This document shows positions 52,625 to 64,000 of a stretch of DNA of 64,000 nt, one piece after another; the first letter of the stretch is position 1; each line of letters starts with the position of its first letter. Source of the stretch: Thiohalophilus sp. GTDB lineage: Bacteria > Pseudomonadota > Gammaproteobacteria > UBA6429 > Thiohalophilaceae. Where the stretch lies: contig NZ_JAWOCR010000013.1 in assembly GCF_046483665.1 (NCBI RefSeq), positions 4,129 through 68,128 of the forward strand. The letters run 5' to 3'. A program made the translations under genes and the position numbers. The notes beneath the pieces are model-generated. The model worked only from the letters and a program-made list of their open reading frames with translations, was not told where the DNA came from and searched no databases.

Positions 52625-53923
52625 TCAATCCTTGATGCGGTATTCGGCGGAACGGGCGTGCGCGGTGAGGCTTTCGCCGCGCGCCAGCACCGAGGCGGTC
52701 TTGCCCAGTGTTGAGGCACCGTCGGCCGAACACATGATCAGACTCGAACGTTTTTGAAAATCGTACACGCCCAGCGGCGAGCTGAAACGCGCGGTGCGCG
52801 AGGTCGGCAGCACGTGATTGGGGCCAGCGCAGTAATCGCCGATCGCCTCGGCGGTATAGCGGCCCATAAAGATGGCACCGGCGTGGCGGATCTGTTTCGC
52901 CGTCGCTTCGGGATTGTCGATAGACAGCTCCAGATGTTCCGGCGCGATGTGGTTGGCCACCGCGATTGCCTCGTCCATGTCTTTGACTGCGATCAGCGCG
53001 CCGCGATCGGACAGGGAGGTTTCAATGATGGTCTTGCGTTCCATCTCCTGTAGCAGGCGATCGATGCTTTGCGTCACCTGGTCGAGGAAACCGGCATCAG
53101 GCGAGACCAGGATCGACTGGGCGTCTTCATCGTGTTCCGCCTGGGAAAAGAGGTCCATGGCGATCCAGTCGGGGTCGGTTTTGCCATCGCAGACCACCAG
53201 AATCTCCGAGGGCCCGGCGATCATGTCGATGCCGACCCGCCCGAACACCATCGACTTGGCGGTGGCCACATAGATATTGCCGGGGCCGACGATCTTGTCC
53301 ACCGGCGGCACTGTCTCGGTGCCGTAGGTCAGTGCAGCCACGGCCTGCGCGCCGCCCAGGGTGAAGACACGGCTCACCCCGGCGATACGCGCGGCAGCCA
53401 GTACCATCTCGTTGGCCTCGCCGTCGGGCGTGGGCACGACCATGATAATTTCTTTGACCCCGGCCACGTGTGCGGGAATGGCGTTCATCAGCACCGACGA
53501 GGGATAGGTGGCCTTGCCGCCGGGCACATACAGCCCGACTTTATCCAATGGCGTTACCTGCTGGCCGAGTAGCGTGCCGTCGGCCTCGGTAAAGGACCAG
53601 GACTCCATTTTCTGATGCGCATGATAGTTACGCAGCCGCTGCGCGGCGGTTTCCAGCGCTTCTCGGGTTTCGACAGGGATATTGTTCAGAGCCGCTTCGA
53701 GGCGATCCATATCCAGGGTGAGATCAGCCATGCTGGCGGCAGCCATGCGATCGAACTGATTGGTGTATTCGACCAGCGCGGCGTCACCCCGGCTGCGCAC
53801 ATCCCTGAGGATGTTTTTGACCGTGGTGTTGACCGCCTCGTCGGAGACCCCCTCCCAGTCGAGCAGTTCATCCAGCTCGGACCAGAAGCCGGGGTCTGTG
53901 CTGTTGAGTCGTTTGATGTCCAT
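52625..53923 (-). CDS. hisD: Histidinol dehydrogenase
   Basis: [42 protein letters not shown]. Confidence 0.99.
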   Translation of the reverse strand: MDIKRLNSTDPGFWSELDELLDWEGVSDEAVNTTVKNILRDVRSRGDAALVEYTNQFDRMAAASMADLTLDMDRLEAALNNIPVETREALETAAQRLRNYHAHQKMESWSFTEADGTLLGQQVTPLDKVGLYVPGGKATYPSSVLMNAIPAHVAGVKEIIMVVPTPDGEANEMVLAAARIAGVSRVFTLGGAQAVAALTYGTETVPPVDKIVGPGNIYVATAKSMVFGRVGIDMIAGPSEILVVCDGKTDPDWIAMDLFSQAEHDEDAQSILVSPDAGFLDQVTQSIDRLLQEMERKTIIETSLSDRGALIAVKDMDEAIAVANHIAPEHLELSIDNPEATAKQIRHAGAIFMGRYTAEAIGDYCAGPNHVLPTSRTARFSSPLGVYDFQKRSSLIMCSADGASTLGKTASVLARGESLTAHARSAEYRIKD

Positions 53924-53924
53924 G

Positions 53925-56129
<2,205 letters not shown>

Positions 56130-56255
56130 GGTTCCAACTCGCATCGGGCTGTGTATGAGCTGGCTATTGTATCCGCTCAGCCGCTGGCCGCACAGGGCAA
56201 AACCGGACCGGATTGGAAATTTGGCAGGAAAACCACAGACTTGCCCCGTAATCAG

Positions 56256-56276
56256 GTGCCAGGGACCAGGGGCTAG
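56256..56276. repeat. Short 7-bp tandem array
   Basis: gtgccag ggaccag gggctag. Confidence 0.4.
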
Positions 56277-56361
56277 TGCCGGGATCAGGGGTGTCACGGA
56301 GGCTATCGCCAACCTGACCTGCGCAACGCCCATCCCTCATGCCAGGCATGTCCCGGGATCT

Positions 56362-56399
56362 GGATTCCGGGTCGCACCTCCGGCTTGCCCGGAATGACG
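56362..56399. repeat. REP-like hairpin GATTCCGG...CCGGAATGACG, copy 2
   Basis: 34/38 identical to 51488-51525, including a compensatory A-T to G-C stem change. Confidence 0.8.
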
Positions 56400-56419
56400 G
56401 GTAAAGGGAGTATTTTCCG

Positions 56420-56447
56420 CGTCCCTCGTAACCCGTCCCCCGGACCT
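56420..56447. repeat. Short 7-bp tandem array
   Basis: cgtccct cgtaacc cgtcccc cggacct. Confidence 0.5.
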
Positions 56448-56452
56448 TGTAT

Positions 56453-56755
56453 TTATGCGAGCGGCAGGAGATCTTCCAGCCCACTGATCCGGGCAATATC
56501 CCGTAGCTGATCCGGCAGGTTGCGGAAACTTAGCTTGCGATCCTGCTGGCGGGCGAACTGCATCCACTCCACCAGCAGAGCCAGGCCGGCGCTGTCGCTG
56601 CGGGTGACGGCCTGCAGATCGAAACAGACTTCGCCATGACTGGTGCCCAGGATCGGCTCGACCTGTTGCAACAGGCCTGGCACGGTTTGCATGTTGAGCT
56701 CGCCACTGATGAGATAGCTGTTGTCATTCTGGGGCTTGATGGCAGTGTCACTCAT
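56453..56755 (-). CDS. mlaB: STAS domain protein MlaB
   Basis: DLQAVTRSDSAGLALL; position in the mla operon. Confidence 0.92.
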   Translation of the reverse strand: MSDTAIKPQNDNSYLISGELNMQTVPGLLQQVEPILGTSHGEVCFDLQAVTRSDSAGLALLVEWMQFARQQDRKLSFRNLPDQLRDIARISGLEDLLPLA

Positions 56756-57419
56756 TGGCGGGATCCTCCTGTCCGGTTGTTTGTTCCAGGCGCGCGATCA
56801 GCGCCTCCAGCCCGTGTGCCTTGATCTCGCTGGCAAAACTGGTGCGGTAGTTGGCCACCAGGCTGATGCCATCGACGCTGATGTCATACACCCGCCAGCG
56901 GCCGTCATGCTGCCACAGGGTATAGTTCAGGGCGATGAGCGGCTTGCCCGGCTGGACGATCCGGGTACGTACTGTCACCTCGCCGCGGGCCGGATCTTCA
57001 CGCAGGGGCAAATATTCAATGGTCTGCCCCCGATATTCCAGCAGGGCGACGGCGTAGGTCCGCATCAGCTGTTGGCGAAAGGCGGGGACGAAACGCCGCT
57101 TTTGCTCCAGGCTGGCGCGCGGCCAGTCCTGGCCCAGCACCCAGGCCGACATGCGACCAAAATCGAAATGGGGCAGGACAATTTCGCCAACCAGTTCGTA
57201 AATCAGCGCCGGCTGCTGTTCGAGTTGCGGGCCGTGCTCTTCGAGCGCCGCCAGCATGCGTTCGGTGGTGTTGATCACCCGTTGCTGCGGTTCCGCCACG
57301 GACTGGATCTGATCCCGGCCCGTCTCCTGGGCCGCAGCCTGCGGGATTTCGCCCAGGAACATGGCCAGCAGCACCAGACCTGACAGCCGCTGCCACCGAC
57401 CCCGGTTGCCGACGTTCAC
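56748..57419 (-). CDS. mlaC: Periplasmic phospholipid shuttle MlaC
   Basis: LPHFDFGRMS, WRVYDISVDGISLVANYR. Confidence 0.93.
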   Translation of the reverse strand: MNVGNRGRWQRLSGLVLLAMFLGEIPQAAAQETGRDQIQSVAEPQQRVINTTERMLAALEEHGPQLEQQPALIYELVGEIVLPHFDFGRMSAWVLGQDWPRASLEQKRRFVPAFRQQLMRTYAVALLEYRGQTIEYLPLREDPARGEVTVRTRIVQPGKPLIALNYTLWQHDGRWRVYDISVDGISLVANYRTSFASEIKAHGLEALIARLEQTTGQEDPANE

Positions 57420-57896
57420 CTATTGATCTCCGCTGTCATCCATAAACCGGCTGATGAACTGACCGATCAGTTTTTCCAGCACCAGCGAATCCTGGGTCAG
57501 TTTGATCTCGTCGCCCTGATCCAGCACTTTCATCGCTCCGCCCGGTTCAAGGCCGACGTATTTTTCCCCCAGCAGCCCGGCGGTATAGATGCTGGCCGAG
57601 GTGTCTTTCGGCAGGGTTTCACGATACTGCTCTTCGATACGCAGAGTGACCACCGCCTCGAAGGTTTGCTCATCGAAACCGATCCCTCTTACCCGGCCGA
57701 TGGTCACGCCGGCCATGGTCACCGGCGAGCGGACCTTGAGACCGCTGATATCCTCGAAGCGGGCGCTGATCTCGTAACCTTCGTCGTTACTGTAGGTGTT
57801 GAGGTTGCTGACCTGCATGGCCAGCATGAACAGCGCCGCCAGTCCCGCGGCAACAAAAATTCCGACCCAGATTTCAACCAGACGCGAATTGTTCAT
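57420..57896 (-). CDS. mlaD: MCE-domain protein MlaD
   Basis: GLKVRSPVTMAGVTIGRV, TAGLLGEKYVGLEPG. Confidence 0.97.
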   Translation of the reverse strand: MNNSRLVEIWVGIFVAAGLAALFMLAMQVSNLNTYSNDEGYEISARFEDISGLKVRSPVTMAGVTIGRVRGIGFDEQTFEAVVTLRIEEQYRETLPKDTSASIYTAGLLGEKYVGLEPGGAMKVLDQGDEIKLTQDSLVLEKLIGQFISRFMDDSGDQ

Positions 57897-57898
57897 CT

Positions 57899-58678
57899 TT
57901 ATTCTCCAAACATGAGCGCTGTTAGTACAAAGTCCAGCCCCAGCACAGCGAGCGAGGCATGCACAACCGTCCGGGTGGTGGCGCGACTGATCCCTTCGGA
58001 TGTCGGGGTGGCATCATAGCCTTCGAATACCGCGATCCAGGTGACCACCACGCCAAAGACCAGGCTTTTGATAACACCATTATAAATATCATCGTAGACA
58101 TCGACGTTGGCCTGCATCTGTGACCAGTAGGCGCCCTGGTCCACACCGAGCAGGCCCACGCCGACAAAATAGCCGCCCAGTACACCGACCGCACTGAAAA
58201 TCGCCGCCAGCAATGGCATGGACAAAAAGCCGGCCAGAAAACGCGGCGCCAGTACCCGACGAACAGGATCGACGGCCATCATTTCCATGGCCGAGAGTTG
58301 CTCGGTGGTTTTCATCAGGCCAATTTCGGCAGTCAGTGCCGAGCCGGCGCGTCCGGCAAACAACAGGGCGGTCACCACCGGCCCCAGTTCGCGCACCAGA
58401 CTCAACGATACGATCACGCCGAGCGACTCCTCGGCGCCGAAGTCGACCAGCGTATTGTAACCCTGCAGACCCAGCACCATGCCGACAAAAGCGCCCGAAA
58501 CCAGAATGATCAGCAGCGACAGCACACCCACCGAATAGATCTGCTGGATCACCAGGGTGAATTTGGGTACCAGCGATGGCATGCCTTCGAGAATGCGCAG
58601 TAACAGCAGATGACCGCGCCCCAGTCGCTGGAAAAAGCCCAGCGCCTTGTGTCCCAGTTGTTGCAGCATCGAGAGCAT
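57899..58678 (-). CDS. mlaE: ABC permease MlaE
   Basis: [32 protein letters not shown]. Confidence 0.98.
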   Translation of the reverse strand: MLSMLQQLGHKALGFFQRLGRGHLLLLRILEGMPSLVPKFTLVIQQIYSVGVLSLLIILVSGAFVGMVLGLQGYNTLVDFGAEESLGVIVSLSLVRELGPVVTALLFAGRAGSALTAEIGLMKTTEQLSAMEMMAVDPVRRVLAPRFLAGFLSMPLLAAIFSAVGVLGGYFVGVGLLGVDQGAYWSQMQANVDVYDDIYNGVIKSLVFGVVVTWIAVFEGYDATPTSEGISRATTRTVVHASLAVLGLDFVLTALMFGE

Positions 58679-59496
58679 CAGTCACCTGCCCCGTTCTGAT
58701 CGACCAGATCCTCGGCATATGTGCCGGCCGGATAATGAAACGGCACCGGCCCGTCCGGCAGCCCCTGCATGAACTGCTGCGCCCATTCGGAGTCGGAGTT
58801 GCGCAGGTCCTCGCGCGAACCGTGCGCCACCACCTTGCCCCCGGAGAGCAGATAAATGTCATCGGCAATCTCGGAGGTCTCGGCGATATCGTGCGAGACG
58901 ATCACGCTGGTCAGTCCCAGTGAATCATTAAGATCCTTGATCAGCCGCACCAGCACGCCCATGGAGATCGGGTCCTGGCCGGTGAACGGCTCGTCATACA
59001 TGATCATCATGGGATCCAGGGCAATAGCGCGCGCCAGCGCCACACGCCGCGCCATGCCGCCGGACAGTTCGGCCGGCATCAGATCCCGCGCACCACGCAG
59101 GCCCACCGCTTCGAGTTTCATCAGAACCAGAGTCCGGATCAGGCGTTCGGGCAGTCGGGTATGTTCGCGCAGGGGAAAGGCAACGTTATCGTACACGTTC
59201 ATATCAGTGAGCAGCGCGCCGTTTTGAAACAGCATGCCCATACGCTTGCGCAATTCAAACAGGGCACCGCGCCCGAGCCGGTTCACGTTCTCCCCGTCGA
59301 CCGTAATGTTGCCGGCATCGGGTTGCAGTTGCCGGCCTATCAGGCGCAACAATGTTGTCTTGCCCGTACCGCTGGGGCCCATGATGGCCGTGATGCTGCC
59401 ACGACGAATATCAATATCGATATCATCGAATATGACATTACGGCCCCGACGAAAGCTGAGATTACGAATCTCGACCAGGTTTTCAACTACAGCCAT
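58678..59496 (-). CDS. mlaF: ABC ATPase MlaF
   Basis: [26 protein letters not shown]; ATG 59496. Confidence 0.97.
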   Translation of the reverse strand: MAVVENLVEIRNLSFRRGRNVIFDDIDIDIRRGSITAIMGPSGTGKTTLLRLIGRQLQPDAGNITVDGENVNRLGRGALFELRKRMGMLFQNGALLTDMNVYDNVAFPLREHTRLPERLIRTLVLMKLEAVGLRGARDLMPAELSGGMARRVALARAIALDPMMIMYDEPFTGQDPISMGVLVRLIKDLNDSLGLTSVIVSHDIAETSEIADDIYLLSGGKVVAHGSREDLRNSDSEWAQQFMQGLPDGPVPFHYPAGTYAEDLVDQNGAGD

Positions 59497-59625
59497 GCGT
59501 GCGCAATTCCTTGATTGACCATACCGGGTTGGCAGTACCAACATTGGCGGTGCCGGCATTGTGACCCACGGCCCGGGCAATGACAATGCTTGCCGGGTTA
59601 CCGGCCCTGTTCATTAACAACCGGC

Positions 59626-60291
59626 TCACAGTAACTCTTCGATCTGTTTTGCCTGGCGCAGGGTTTCCACGTCAGGCGGTTGACCGTCGAGTACCAGCGC
59701 CACATTACGCGTCGATGAGCTGACAGCCAGGCCGGCCTGAAGATAATCACGTATCTGCCGCGGCGAACAGTCGTCACCCGGCCGGATCACCGCCAGAGGA
59801 CCGAGTGCCAACCCGTCAGTATCACTGTGTGGATTCCAGCTCCAGCCGATGCTCCGTGCCCGCAGTGCATCGCGCCATGCCCCGTCCAGCAAGCGGCAGG
59901 GATCGACGCACAGCGGATAACCGTTGAGGCGGGTCTCGATCTGCGCCAGCCACGCTTCGGGATCGCTGTGCGCTGTCGGATCAAGTGGCAACAATATCCC
60001 TCCCTGACGGGGCAGCTGTTGCAGCAAACCCACAGCCGATTCCAGCCCGGCGTCATTCGGGACAGTCACCAGCACCCACAGGTCCTCGCGACACGCCTCC
60101 ATCTCGGCGGGAATATCCCTCTCCAGCGTCCGTTCGCGTTCGGTGATCACCGCCAGGGGAAACTCGTTGCTGTAATAGCCCAGGCGCCAATCCGGGGGCA
60201 GATCGGCCGGGTAGTAGCTATCCTGCCAGTCCTCATGCTGCCAGCCGCAACTGCCGATCAGCAGGCGATGTGTCTGTTCCGTCATCTCCAC
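59626..60291 (-). CDS. Diverged DUF72-like protein
   Basis: N-terminal IGSCGWQHEDWQDSYYP...LGYYSNEF matches the DUF72 start; the rest is short and divergent. Confidence 0.6.
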   Translation of the reverse strand: MEMTEQTHRLLIGSCGWQHEDWQDSYYPADLPPDWRLGYYSNEFPLAVITERERTLERDIPAEMEACREDLWVLVTVPNDAGLESAVGLLQQLPRQGGILLPLDPTAHSDPEAWLAQIETRLNGYPLCVDPCRLLDGAWRDALRARSIGWSWNPHSDTDGLALGPLAVIRPGDDCSPRQIRDYLQAGLAVSSSTRNVALVLDGQPPDVETLRQAKQIEELL

Positions 60292-60375
60292 TCCCGATGC
60301 TATTCACATAACAAAGCTGACAAACATACCCATTCACGGTCATAATTGAAACGGTATGCATGACGGAAACCGGCC

Positions 60376-60561
60376 ATGGCGGATGTAATTCCCTTTAAAA
60401 AGCCCAAAGCCAGCGAACAACATCGTGGCAAAACCCTGTGCAAAAGCGGTTTTCACAAATGGGAAGTGGTCAAGGGGAACCCGTTTGACGTCAAGCAGGG
60501 TAAAATGGTCACCCGTTATCGTTGCCGCCGCTGCGGTGCCACGCGCACCGAGGCCAAGTAA
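60376..60561 (+). CDS. Small basic putative Zn-binding protein (61 aa)
   Basis: MADVIPFKKP, LCKSGFHKW, YRCRRCG (Cys/His/CxxC). Confidence 0.75.
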   Translation: MADVIPFKKPKASEQHRGKTLCKSGFHKWEVVKGNPFDVKQGKMVTRYRCRRCGATRTEAK

Positions 60562-60576
60562 AAACCAGAGCAAACT

Positions 60577-60603
60577 ACCGAGGTCACAGAGGTTCACAGA
60601 GAA
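60577..60603. repeat. CACAGAG repeat arm
   Basis: ACCGAGGTCACAGAGGTTCACAGAGAA between the Zn-finger gene and mlaA. Confidence 0.45.
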
Positions 60604-60642
60604 AGGGACTTATCCCCTCCTGCCGAAGCTCCGCTTTAACAT

Positions 60643-61446
60643 ATGATAAAAAATAACAACCTGGCCGGTTCTCTCCTGCATGTCGTATTACTTGCCGCTA
60701 CCCTGCTGATATCCGGCTGCGCCAGTACCAATGGCCCTGCCGATGACGGGCAAAGCGATCCGCTCGAGTCCTATAACCGCGCGATGTACAAATTCAATGA
60801 TACGGTCGACCGGGCGGTCCTGCGACCGGTCGCACAGGCTTACAAGGATACGGTTCCACAACCGGCGCAAACCGGCGTATCGAACTTTTTCAGCAACCTG
60901 GATGATGTCTGGGTCATGGTCAACAACCTGCTGCAACTGAAGTTCGAGGCAGCCGCATCGGATTTCTCGCGCGTGGTCTGGAACTCCACCGTGGGGGTAT
61001 TTGGCCTGATTGATGTCGCCACCCCCATGGGCCTGCCCAAACACAATGAGGACTTCGGCCAGACCCTCGGCTACTGGGGTGTCGGCGAGGGTCCGTATAT
61101 TGTGCTGCCCTTCCTCGGCCCCAGCACCCTGCGTGACACCGGCGGGCGGGTCGCCGACTGGGAATATGAGCCGCTACAGGAAATCGAGGACGACGAAGCT
61201 TACTGGAGCGCGGTGGTGCTGCGTGCCATCGATAGCCGCGCCGGCCTGCTCGGTGCCAGCCGTATGCTGGAAAAATCCGGTGCCGATCCCTACACTTTCA
61301 TGCGCGACGCCTATCTGCAGCGCCGCCGCAGTCTGGTCCATGACGGCAACCCGCCGCGCCCCGAACGGCTACAATTCGATCGTAGCGACGAAGATCGGGC
61401 GCTGGAGCGTGAACTGGAAATGGAACTCGAACGCGAGCTGCAGTAG
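60643..61446 (+). CDS. mlaA: VacJ/MlaA lipoprotein
   Basis: Lipobox ISGC, DPLESYNR, NEDFGQTLGYWG, GPSTLRD, DAYLQRR. Confidence 0.95.
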   Translation: MIKNNNLAGSLLHVVLLAATLLISGCASTNGPADDGQSDPLESYNRAMYKFNDTVDRAVLRPVAQAYKDTVPQPAQTGVSNFFSNLDDVWVMVNNLLQLKFEAAASDFSRVVWNSTVGVFGLIDVATPMGLPKHNEDFGQTLGYWGVGEGPYIVLPFLGPSTLRDTGGRVADWEYEPLQEIEDDEAYWSAVVLRAIDSRAGLLGASRMLEKSGADPYTFMRDAYLQRRRSLVHDGNPPRPERLQFDRSDEDRALERELEMELERELQ

Positions 61447-61456
61447 TCAGGTTACT

Positions 61457-61540
61457 CGCCGCAGAGACGCAGAAAATATAATTTTGAATTACTAACAGGC
61501 AGTTAATTCAACACTCAGCATTCAAAATTCAACATTACAC
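61457..61540. repeat. Composite intergenic repeat, copy 2
   Basis: CGCAGAGACGCAG, TATAATTTTGAATT (61477-61490), then 7-mers attcaac actcagc attcaaa attcaac attacac. Confidence 0.7.
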
Positions 61541-61616
61541 AACCCCCTCGCACGCTGGCGACAAGCTGGTATCATACGCGCCGAACAATCCGGCCCATCA
61601 CCCTGAACCTGGTTTT

Positions 61617-62594
61617 ATGCCAACTGACATGCTGCTTTCCGTTATCGCCGTCATTCTCGGTTTTGTCATTGTTATGAAAGGCGCCGACTGGTTCGTGCAG
61701 GGGGCCGGCGCCACGGCGCGCAATCTGGGGGTCTCGCCGCTAATCATCGGCCTGACCATTGTCGGTCTGGGGACGTCTGCGCCGGAGATGTTGATCTCCA
61801 TCATCGCCACCCTGGAAGGCAACAGTGGTCTGGCCGTGGGCAATGCGGTGGGCTCGAACATTGCCAACATCGCCCTGGTACTGGGGATCACGGCCCTGGT
61901 GGTGCCGCTGGTGGTGCGTTCGGAAACCCTGCGCCGTGAATATCCGGTCATGTTTCTGGTTATGCTCGTCAGCCTGATGCTGGTGGCTGATGGCGAGCTG
62001 AGCATGCTGGACGGGCTGATCCTGCTCGTCGGCATGGTATTGATGCTGTGGTGGATGGTGCTGCTGGGCAAGCGCAAGGATCACGACCCGCTGGAGGCCG
62101 AATACGCCAGCGAAATTCCGACCATGACTACGCCCCGTGCGATGCTGTGGCTGGTGATTGGCCTGGTGCTGTTGTTGGCCAGCTCGCGGGCGCTGGTCTG
62201 GGGGGCGGTGAATATCGCCCACTTTTTCGGTGTCAGCGATCTGATTATTGGCCTGACGATTGTCGCCATCGGTACCAGCCTGCCGGAACTGGCCGCCTCG
62301 TTGATGGGCGCGCTGCGCAAGGAGCCGGACATTGCCATTGGCAACGTTATCGGTTCCAATATGTTCAATCTGCTGGTTGTGCTCAGTATCCCGGGTCTGC
62401 TGGGGCCGGTCACACTGGAGACCGCGGTTCTGAGCCGGGATTTCCCGATGATGATCGGCCTGAGTATCGCCCTGTTTGTTATGGCTTACGGCTTTCGGGG
62501 CGATGGCAGAATCAACCGCTTTGAAGGCGGGCTGTTATTGCTGGCCTATGTGGCCTATCTCACACTACTCTATTTCAATATCCAGCAAGCGTGA
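61617..62594 (+). CDS. yrbG: Calcium/sodium:proton antiporter (YrbG family)
   Basis: Duplicated alpha-repeats GTSAPE/GTSLPE and GSNIAN/GSNMFN. Confidence 0.92.
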   Translation: MPTDMLLSVIAVILGFVIVMKGADWFVQGAGATARNLGVSPLIIGLTIVGLGTSAPEMLISIIATLEGNSGLAVGNAVGSNIANIALVLGITALVVPLVVRSETLRREYPVMFLVMLVSLMLVADGELSMLDGLILLVGMVLMLWWMVLLGKRKDHDPLEAEYASEIPTMTTPRAMLWLVIGLVLLLASSRALVWGAVNIAHFFGVSDLIIGLTIVAIGTSLPELAASLMGALRKEPDIAIGNVIGSNMFNLLVVLSIPGLLGPVTLETAVLSRDFPMMIGLSIALFVMAYGFRGDGRINRFEGGLLLLAYVAYLTLLYFNIQQA

Positions 62595-62611
62595 TACAGG
62601 GGCGAACGCTG

Positions 62612-62824
62612 ATGACTGAAACATTGCACATTACGGCACAGAACATCAAATGCGGAGGCTGCGTCGCTGCGATTGAAAACGGCCTCAGGGCCCTGCCCGG
62701 GATCGAACAGGTGGAAGTGACCATCGACAACGGCCAGGTGCGCATCGAAGGCGAGGATCTGTCTGAGCAGACGATTCGCGACAAACTGGCGGAACTGGGT
62801 TATCCCGTCGCCGACCCGTCCTGA
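62612..62824 (+). CDS. Heavy-metal-associated (CopZ-like) domain protein
   Basis: IKCGGC (CxxC), LPGIEQVEV, LAELGYPV; 70 aa. Confidence 0.9.
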   Translation: MTETLHITAQNIKCGGCVAAIENGLRALPGIEQVEVTIDNGQVRIEGEDLSEQTIRDKLAELGYPVADPS

Positions 62825-62861
62825 TTGTTCAGCTGTTCAACCCGTCTCTGGAACTGCAGTT

Positions 62862-63389
62862 ATGAAAGATATCCTTGCCCGCGCCGCCGAGATCAAACTG
62901 GTGGTCTTCGATGTCGACGGAGTATTGACCGATGGATCCCTGTTTGTCGGTGACGACGGGCAGGAATACAAGGCGTTTCATTCGCGCGACGGCTTTGGCA
63001 TCAAACTGCTGCGGCAAAGCGGGGTGCAGATCGGAGTGATTACCGCCCGCAATTCCCAGGTTGTCCTGCACCGGATGAAAAACCTCGGTATCGAGCACGT
63101 TTATCAGGACCGGCTGGAAAAATTACCGGCTTTCGAGGAACTGATTGCCAAGCTGGAACTACAGCCGGAACAGGCCGCCTACGTGGGGGATGACGTGGTG
63201 GATCTGCCAGTCATGCGCCGCGCCGGCCTGGCTATTGCGGTGCAGGACGCTCATCCGCTGGCCAAGCAGCATGCCCACTGGCAGACCCCGCACGGCGGCG
63301 GCCGGGGCGCGGCTCGTGATGTATGCGAACTGATCATGGAAGCGCAAAAGACACTGGATGAACAGCTGAGCAAATACCTGCATGAATAA
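62862..63389 (+). CDS. kdsC: KDO-8-phosphate phosphatase
   Basis: DVDGVLTDG, RDGFGI, YVGDDVVDLP, GGRGAARD. Confidence 0.97.
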   Translation: MKDILARAAEIKLVVFDVDGVLTDGSLFVGDDGQEYKAFHSRDGFGIKLLRQSGVQIGVITARNSQVVLHRMKNLGIEHVYQDRLEKLPAFEELIAKLELQPEQAAYVGDDVVDLPVMRRAGLAIAVQDAHPLAKQHAHWQTPHGGGRGAARDVCELIMEAQKTLDEQLSKYLHE

Positions 63390-63954
63390 ACTGCAGATCG
63401 TCAGCGTCATTTTGCTGGTCATGCTGATCGGCGCTTTCAGCAACTGGCTGTTGACCGACCTGGATACCCAGCCCCGTATCATTCCGCGCGAAGTTCGCCA
63501 CGATCCCGATTATTTCCTGGAAAACTTTCGTGCCACCAGTATGGGCCAGGACGGCAAGCCGCAGCACCGCCTGGTCGGTGATTACCTGGAACATTTTCCC
63601 CACGATGATACGGTCGTCATCCAGCAGCTGAAGCTGGATCTGTTTCGCGAGGGCCTGCCGCCCTGGACGGCCAGCGCCAACCAGGGAATCGTCTATGAGC
63701 GGGGAAAACGTGTCGAATTGAGCGGCGAAGTGGAACTGTACCGGCCGGCTACCGAACACAATGAGGCACTGCGCCTGACAACCGAGGCGCTGACAGTTTA
63801 TCCACAGCGGGAATACGCCGAGACCGACGTGGCTGTTACAATATCCAGCGATCGCAGCAAAACCCGGGCGATCGGTATGCGTCTGGATGCGACTCAGGGC
63901 GTGCTTGAACTGTTATCTCAAACCCGAGGGAGCTATGTTATTACTCCGCGCTAA
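63382..63954 (+). CDS. lptC: LPS export protein LptC
   Basis: N-terminal TM, PDYFLENF, AIGMRLD; position after kdsC. Confidence 0.9.
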   Translation: MNKLQIVSVILLVMLIGAFSNWLLTDLDTQPRIIPREVRHDPDYFLENFRATSMGQDGKPQHRLVGDYLEHFPHDDTVVIQQLKLDLFREGLPPWTASANQGIVYERGKRVELSGEVELYRPATEHNEALRLTTEALTVYPQREYAETDVAVTISSDRSKTRAIGMRLDATQGVLELLSQTRGSYVITPR

Positions 63955-64000
63955 ATCGCTGTTGCTACTGGTCCTGCTGGGCTTCGCCCCTGTCAGTGTC
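63935..64000 (+). CDS. lptA: Probable LptA N-terminus (signal peptide; truncated by window end)
   Basis: ATG 63935 gives MLLLRAKSLLLLVLLGFAPVSV, overlapping the lptC end as is usual; called from position only. Confidence 0.65.
   Translation, partial: MLLLRAKSLLLLVLLGFAPVSV

Noticed and set aside
56164-56496. 110-aa minus-strand ORF in the mlaB-bolA spacer
   Set aside because: Translation of repeat DNA (heptamers give KVRGTGYEGRG); not a credible protein.

Overview
Mostly core chromosome of a Gammaproteobacterium; the DAB carbon pump and SoxH-like hydrolase suggest a chemolithoautotroph or sulfur oxidiser (inference). The backbone follows, from memory, the conserved secA-lpxC-dcw-rnpB-rsmI-lpoA-gmhA-sspBA-petCBA-nif3-degS-hisCDG-murA-bolA-mlaBCDEF-kdsC-lptCA order (as in P. 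aeruginosa PA4403-PA4460). Departures from it are: a CapA lipoprotein before secA; murB inside dcw; a FAD oxidase plus macrodomain gene where a BON/dolP gene usually lies; a ~16 kb accessory block between degS and hisC; and a DUF72-like gene, small Zn-finger gene, mlaA, yrbG and a CxxC metallochaperone between mlaF and kdsC, with kdsD absent. The 16 kb block holds malate synthase G, a 1.4 kb palindrome-rich gap, a 4-gene DAB operon with a PII-like gene, an MBL/membrane/RibD cluster, a CinA-N protein, a low-GC porin resembling chlamydial MOMP, and a PAP2 phosphatase. Several families of short intergenic repeats recur (GATT...AATGACG hairpins, CGCAGAG/CACAGAG arms, 7-bp tandem arrays). I saw no rRNA, tRNA, CRISPR array, integrase or transposase. 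All identifications are by eye and motif memory; no searches were run.
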